A stretch of 37,096 nucleotides of DNA from Octopus bimaculoides (taxonomy: Eukaryota): assembly GCF_001194135.2 (NCBI RefSeq), contig NC_069005.1, positions 29,179,533 through 29,216,628 on the forward strand, read 5' to 3'. The position numbers and the translations under genes are program-made. Below, one piece after another: positions 32,657 through 37,096 of this stretch. Positions within the stretch are counted from its first letter, which is position 1. Every line of letters starts with the position of its first letter. The notes below the pieces were generated by a model. The model searched no databases and had not been told where the DNA came from. It worked only from the letters and a program-made list of their open reading frames with translations.

Positions 32657-32742
32657 CTTTTTGATTTTGGTGTAGTTTTCTGTTTTGATTTTGAAGTAGT
32701 TTTCGGTTTAACTGGCATTGTGGCATCAAACATTTGTTTGGC
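32657..32742 (-). CDS. WDR76: WDR76 coding exon (basic region)
   Basis: cttacag|GCC ... AAAAG|gtaaag. Encodes AKQMFDATMPVKPKTTSKSKQKTTPKSK(R). Phase 0/2. Confidence 0.8.
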
Positions 32743-33127
32743 CTGTAAGAGAATTGTAGTCAATGACAGATTCATTGGTTTATACAGTGTTAAGTGATAG
32801 CTAGGGCTTCTATTGATCAAAGGTGGCCACGGTTCTGCACATGTATACATGTTGCCAGGCCAAGATTTTCTGGGGAAGACCAGTCATTATTCAGTTCATG
32901 CATTCAAAGTCTCACTTCTCTTCGGCACCAACATTTATCCAAGGAAAAGGCTGTTCATTTGAACTGATACAGCTTGGCACCAGTGGCATTGCTGTCAAAA
33001 GATACCAAAACAAATCTTCTACTTTCAAAAACACAACACACTACATGGTCTGGGAACTGAATCCACAATTGAAAGATCATGATTGTAACACCCTAATCAC
33101 ATGACCACGTCTTTACACACACATATA

Positions 33128-33510
33128 TCATGGCATTCTGTTGGTTACGACGACGAGGGTTCCAGTTAACCCGATCAACGGAACAGCCTGCTCGTGAAAT
33201 TAACGTGCAAGTGGCTGAGCACTCCACAGACACGTGTACCCTTAACGTAGTTCTCGAGGAGATTCAGCGTGACAAGGTTGGCCCTTTGAAATACAGGTAC
33301 AACAGAAACAGGAAGAATGAGTGAGAGAATTTGAGGTTGGGGGTAAGCAAGGGCATGCTCCCCATGGAAAATCCAGCTAAAAAAAAAAGCCTCATGATAG
33401 CAAAGGAAAATGGGCACCAGCCAGCCAGCCCAAAGGTTGGGGTGGGCTGCACCTGCCTACCTTGGTTGCTATGGCATTGAGGTAGATCTAGTCACCCCCG
33501 TTAACAGGGA
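33128..33510. repeat. Interspersed repeat (SINE body-like), unclassified
   Basis: GC-richer block (ggttacgacgacgagggttccag...gtggctgagcactccacagacacgtgtaccc) resembling a recalled abundant octopus repeat. Single copy in this window. Confidence 0.4.
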
Positions 33511-33546
33511 CAAAACCCAGATTTAAAATACTGGAGGAGGATGATG

Positions 33547-33584
<38 letters not shown>

Positions 33585-33894
33585 NNNNNNNNNNNNNNNN
33601 NNNNNNNNNNNNNNNNNNNNNNNNNNNNNNNNNNNNNNNNNNNNNNNNNNNNNNNNNNNNNNNNNNNNNNNNNNNNNNNNNNNNNNNNNNNNNNNNNNNN
33701 NNNNNNNNNNNNNNNNNNNNNNNNNNNNNNNNNNNNNNNNNNNNNNNNNNNNNNNNNNNNNNNNNNNNNNNNNNNNNNNNNNNNNNNNNNNNNNNNNNNN
33801 NNNNNNNNNNNNNNNNNNNNNNNNNNNNNNNNNNNNNNNNNNNNNNNNNNNNNNNNNNNNNNNNNNNNNNNNNNNNNNNNNNNNNNNNNNNNNN

Positions 33895-33965
33895 GAAGCC
33901 ATGAATCTCACATTGTCTCGTACATTTTCTTGTCGTTTCCGTTCATATTCAGAAATATTTGAGAT
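33895..33965 (-). CDS. WDR76: WDR76 coding exon, truncated by N-gap
   Basis: ttcttcaaag|ATC. Encodes ISNISEYERKRQENVRDNVRFMAS, the conserved Cmr1/WDR76 N-terminal SEYERKRxENI..N..F motif. The donor lies in the gap 33585-33894. Confidence 0.85.
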
Positions 33966-34014
33966 CTTTGAAGAAAAACAAAAAACATGAGAAATATTTA
34001 ATTTTCACAACAAA

Positions 34015-34120
34015 CAGGTGCAGGTGTGGCCATGTGGTTAAGAAGCTTGCTTCCCAACCACATGTTCTGGGTTCAGTCTCACTGTGTGGCACCTTGGGCA
34101 AGTGTCGTCTACTATAGCCT
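34015..34120 (+). mobile_element. tRNA-derived SINE 5' part
   Basis: aggtgcaggtgtggccatgtggttaagaagc...ccttgggcaagtgtcgtctactatagcc. Confidence 0.75.
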
Positions 34121-34287
34121 CAACCTCAGTACACAACTGGTATTTATTTTATTGATCCTCCCCACCACCACCACCAAAAGGGAAAAAGGCAAAGTCAACA
34201 CAGGCGGAATTTGAACTCAGAACATTAAAACAGATGACATATCTGCTGAAATATTACCCAACAACAACAATAACATCAATCACATAC

Positions 34288-34425
34288 CTTGAAATCAAGA
34301 TCATTTATTTCATTCAGAACAGAAGTATGTTCTATGGTTGACCTATCCTCTTGGTCAATGGCCTTTTTCAACTTGGTCTTGGTGTAGTTTTCATTTTCAA
34401 GTTGCTCATGGACATCCGCATTGTT
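34288..34425 (-). CDS. WDR76: WDR76 putative N-terminal coding exon
   Basis: ttcttctgaag|AAC ... TTCAAG|gtatgt. Only one frame is open (NNADVHEQLENENYTKTKLKKAIDQEDRSTIEHTSVLNEINDLDFK). Phase 0/0 fits the next exon. No in-frame ATG. Confidence 0.6.
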
Positions 34426-34526
34426 CTTCAGAAGAATAAATAATAAAAAGGGGTACGTTTAACCCTCAAGCATTCAGATTATTCTGCCAAAAGTAATGTT
34501 TGTTTATACAAATTGTTTTCAATTAA

Positions 34527-34765
34527 TCATGCAATCATCATCATCATCATCATCATCGTTTAACGTCCGCTTTCCATGCTAGCATGGGTTGGACGATTTG
34601 ACTGAGGACTGGTGAACCAGATGGCTACACTAGGCTCCAATCTGATTTGGCAGAGTTTCTACAGCTGGATGTCCTTCCTAACGCCAACCACTCCGAGAGT
34701 GTTGTGGGTGCTTTTACGTGCCACTGGCACGAGGGCCAGTCAGGCGGTACTGGCAACAGCCACGC
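34527..34765 (-). mobile_element. Young RTE-tail copy nested in a TTAA MITE
   Basis: High identity to 1209-1445, with (CAT)n tail. Confidence 0.8.
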
Positions 34766-34879
34766 ATTATTTTGTAAATTTTGTAAATTCAAGATTTCAA
34801 TGATGTGATTGTATATTTTTAGAATGGCCTGGTAAGGTAGGTGTGAGAAGCCGAATTTGGTTAGTTTGAACATAAAACA

Positions 34880-35310
34880 TCCTCATTGTTTAACATCCAT
34901 CTTCCATACATTCATGGGTAGGACAGTTGACAGGAGCCAGCCAGGTATAAGACTACCCCAAGTTATTGTGTCCGTTTTGACATGGGTTTTACAGCTGGAT
35001 GCTCTTCCTAGCACCAACCATTCCGCAGAGTTGGTTGAGTGCTTCTTTTACATGGCACCAGCACAGGCGAGGTCAGTTTTGGCAAGATTTTTACAGCTGG
35101 ATGCCCTTCCAAATGCCAACCACTTTACAGCGTGGACTGGGTGCTTTTTATGTGGTACCAACACCGGCAGGGTCACCGAGTAACTCACAAGACAAGGTAT
35201 TTTGAGAGGGGAGGGGGCATTGGAAGAGGGGATCTTGTGTTGAATGAGGAAAGGTTAGAGAGAAACAGAGAGGCAGAAACAGGTGTCTTGCTATTGAAGA
35301 AGGGGCATTG
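34880..35310 (-). mobile_element. Older RTE-tail copy (partly duplicated) nested in a TTAA MITE
   Basis: catcctcattgtttaacatccatcttccat...; two gctggatg(c)ccttcc blocks. Confidence 0.7.
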
Positions 35311-35939
35311 GAAGTGATCTAGACATTTAGAATATTTTGGCCAGATAGGGCTTATTTAAATGTTAAAGGGTTAAGGTAAAGAAACAGAAAAGAAAACCAT
35401 CACTGACATGTATAAAATGATTTATTTCCTTACATAAGCAAACCCACAAATATGGCAAATTTAACTATTTCCTCCATAGACTGAAAGCAATGGTGTCCTG
35501 CCTTATTGGATTCTTGTCAGAAATGTCTATAGGCGCAGGTGTGGCTGTGTGGTAAGGAATTAGCTTCCCAACTATATGATTCCGTGTACAGTCCCATTGT
35601 GTGAATTGAGATCCTAAAACTCGAATTTTTTGCTTAAATCTCAGCAACAGATCGTTAAACGTGTTTATGGGGAGAAAAATATTGAAAAACATCAAAACAT
35701 GTCAGAATGATAAAGAAGGAGGTATCAGGTGGTCGCAAAATGTGCTAGAAATAGCAGCTAAATCGCCCTTAAATCACACAAATTTTTCTTTTTCTTTTTT
35801 TATAAACGTATGAATTCCCGTGGGTAGAACACAAATTCGCAAAAATGTTCTGAAAATTTCAAAATAAATAAATAAATAAAAGCTATGAGGAGTTAAACAA
35901 GAATTCCGCCACAACAAAATCATACCAGGAAACGTCCTA

Positions 35940-36780
35940 GATAAGTGTCAAATCAGATTTAAAATGTCACCACGGTTGGGCTGTCATCGATGGCAGCAAC
36001 TCAACTCTAGGGGCCTCGCTTCTAGCAACGGAACTTAGTCCCACTCTCGTGTACGAAGAATAGATGGACATTCTGACACGACAAAAAACAGAAACCTACA
36101 ATCGAGAATGGATGAAGTCCACAACGTAACCTTTAAACAGAGTAGGATTCTTTGGCGAAAGTGAAGAATACGTACACCCGGTGTTTAGGGTTAGGATTAG
36201 GGTTTTTATTACATCGAAAACGGGTGGTGTACGTATTCTTTACCTCCAAGGAATTTCTCTAACTTGTCTAGTATTGCCGATTCCTGTGGCGAACCCCTAT
36301 ACCAGGTTGTCTCTCAACTGTAACTAGCTTTGCCTTTCGTCTTACCCAGGGATATTTAGAATAATTGTCCCTCGAAGTCTCATACTTTGTGCTAAAAGGA
36401 TGTACGGAACCGAAAATATATGTTTTTAAAAAAAACTAAAGTTCTTGAATTTTGTTTACAGTATTTTAATTACCGTTGTATGAACCAGAAACACTAAGAA
36501 AATAAACAACAATTGCAGAGCCATTCCAAGATTCCTCCTACATATTTCGCCACATTGTTGGAAACGACATGTACATGTCGTTCCAGTGGGACTGACCTGG
36601 GTGGGGACCCACTGAGCAGTACCGTCTTGAGATATAAACACGCTGATTAGTTGCTCCGAGGCCCTACGGGTCCAGGACCCATAACTAATCAATATATGCA
36701 TGTAGGTTGTATATGTAGGGCTCAGGGGGACATATAATGGTAATTTTTCAGATTAACACCCGCACGATTTTGCTACAACG
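35940..36780. promoter_or_regulatory. Relatively CpG-rich unique region, probable WDR76 promoter / 5' end
   Basis: Lies upstream of the most 5' WDR76 exon, has more CpG than the flanking introns, and shows donor-like sites on the - strand (exon ends at 36474, 36346, 35926). Confidence 0.3.
36474..36524 (-). CDS. Candidate first exon of WDR76, or a uORF (MALQLLFIFLVFLVHTT)
   Basis: ATG-initiated 17 codons ending at ACG|gtaatt, phase 0 and so compatible with exon 34425. No homology support. Confidence 0.25.
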
Positions 36781-37096
36781 GCCCTGCCAATAGAATTATT
36801 ATTATTATCGCCTATTTTTTTTTTTTTTTTAGGGGATACACTTTTTTCTGAGCCTATTTTCCCCTCTGTCAATGCTTATCTTCAATATTTGCAACTATTT
36901 TTCGAGAGCGTAGGAAATTCTCAAATCTAATATGAACTCTGACCGAAGACAAAATTAACACACGACGGCAGATTGAAACCTCTCGCCAAATATGCATAAA
37001 AACAGCAAATATTATAAATGAATCGTTTATTTCTAGTTAATATTGAACTTTAAATAAATCTAGGAGGAAAAAAATGTTTGATTTGCTCTTGTCTTC

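Larger units (their letters stand above)
34459..35374. mobile_element. piggyBac-like TTAA MITE split by two RTE-tail insertions
   Basis: ttaa|ccctcaagcattcag ... gttaaaggg|ttaa. MITE segments at 34463-34526, ~34770-34878 and ~35320-35370. Confidence 0.65.

Noticed and set aside
35434-35477. ATG-containing segment with a GTAAGG donor as the WDR76 first exon
   Set aside because: It would end in phase 2, incompatible with the phase-0 exon at 34425, and otherwise stops after 15 codons.
36563-36582. p53 response element (two CATG cores), attractive for a DNA-damage gene
   Set aside because: The cores are 2 bp apart rather than 6 and the RRR/YYY flanks do not fit RRRCWWGYYY.

Overview
AT-rich eukaryotic genomic DNA from a gapped assembly (10 N-runs). 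The SINE, RTE-tail and MITE families look like those of Octopus; this is an inference from recalled repeat families, not a database result. Two spliced genes converge tail-to-tail. On the + strand are the last five coding exons of a Deltex E3 ligase (RING-H2 plus Deltex C-terminal domain, stop at 5998). On the - strand is WDR76/Cmr1: 11 exons recovered with consistent splice phases and a stop at 21816, one WD40 exon missing (probably in the N-gap at 29127-29773), and the start exon unresolved. Between the genes are an AT-only array (~10040-11131) and a ~9.1 kb CpG-saturated (AACG/TACG/TTCG)n satellite with higher-order repeats and about 11 strand inversions. Introns and intergenic DNA carry tRNA-derived SINEs, RTE LINE 3' tails, an R4/Dong-like LINE end, and mariner, pogo-like and piggyBac-like (TTAA) MITEs. 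The most notable item is a minimal type I hammerhead ribozyme motif closing a perfect 34-bp hairpin, on the sense strand of a WDR76 intron (28258-28368). The same intron holds a near-intact tRNA-Thr(TGT)-like gene. Most ORFs in the supplied track are low-complexity or N-gap artefacts.
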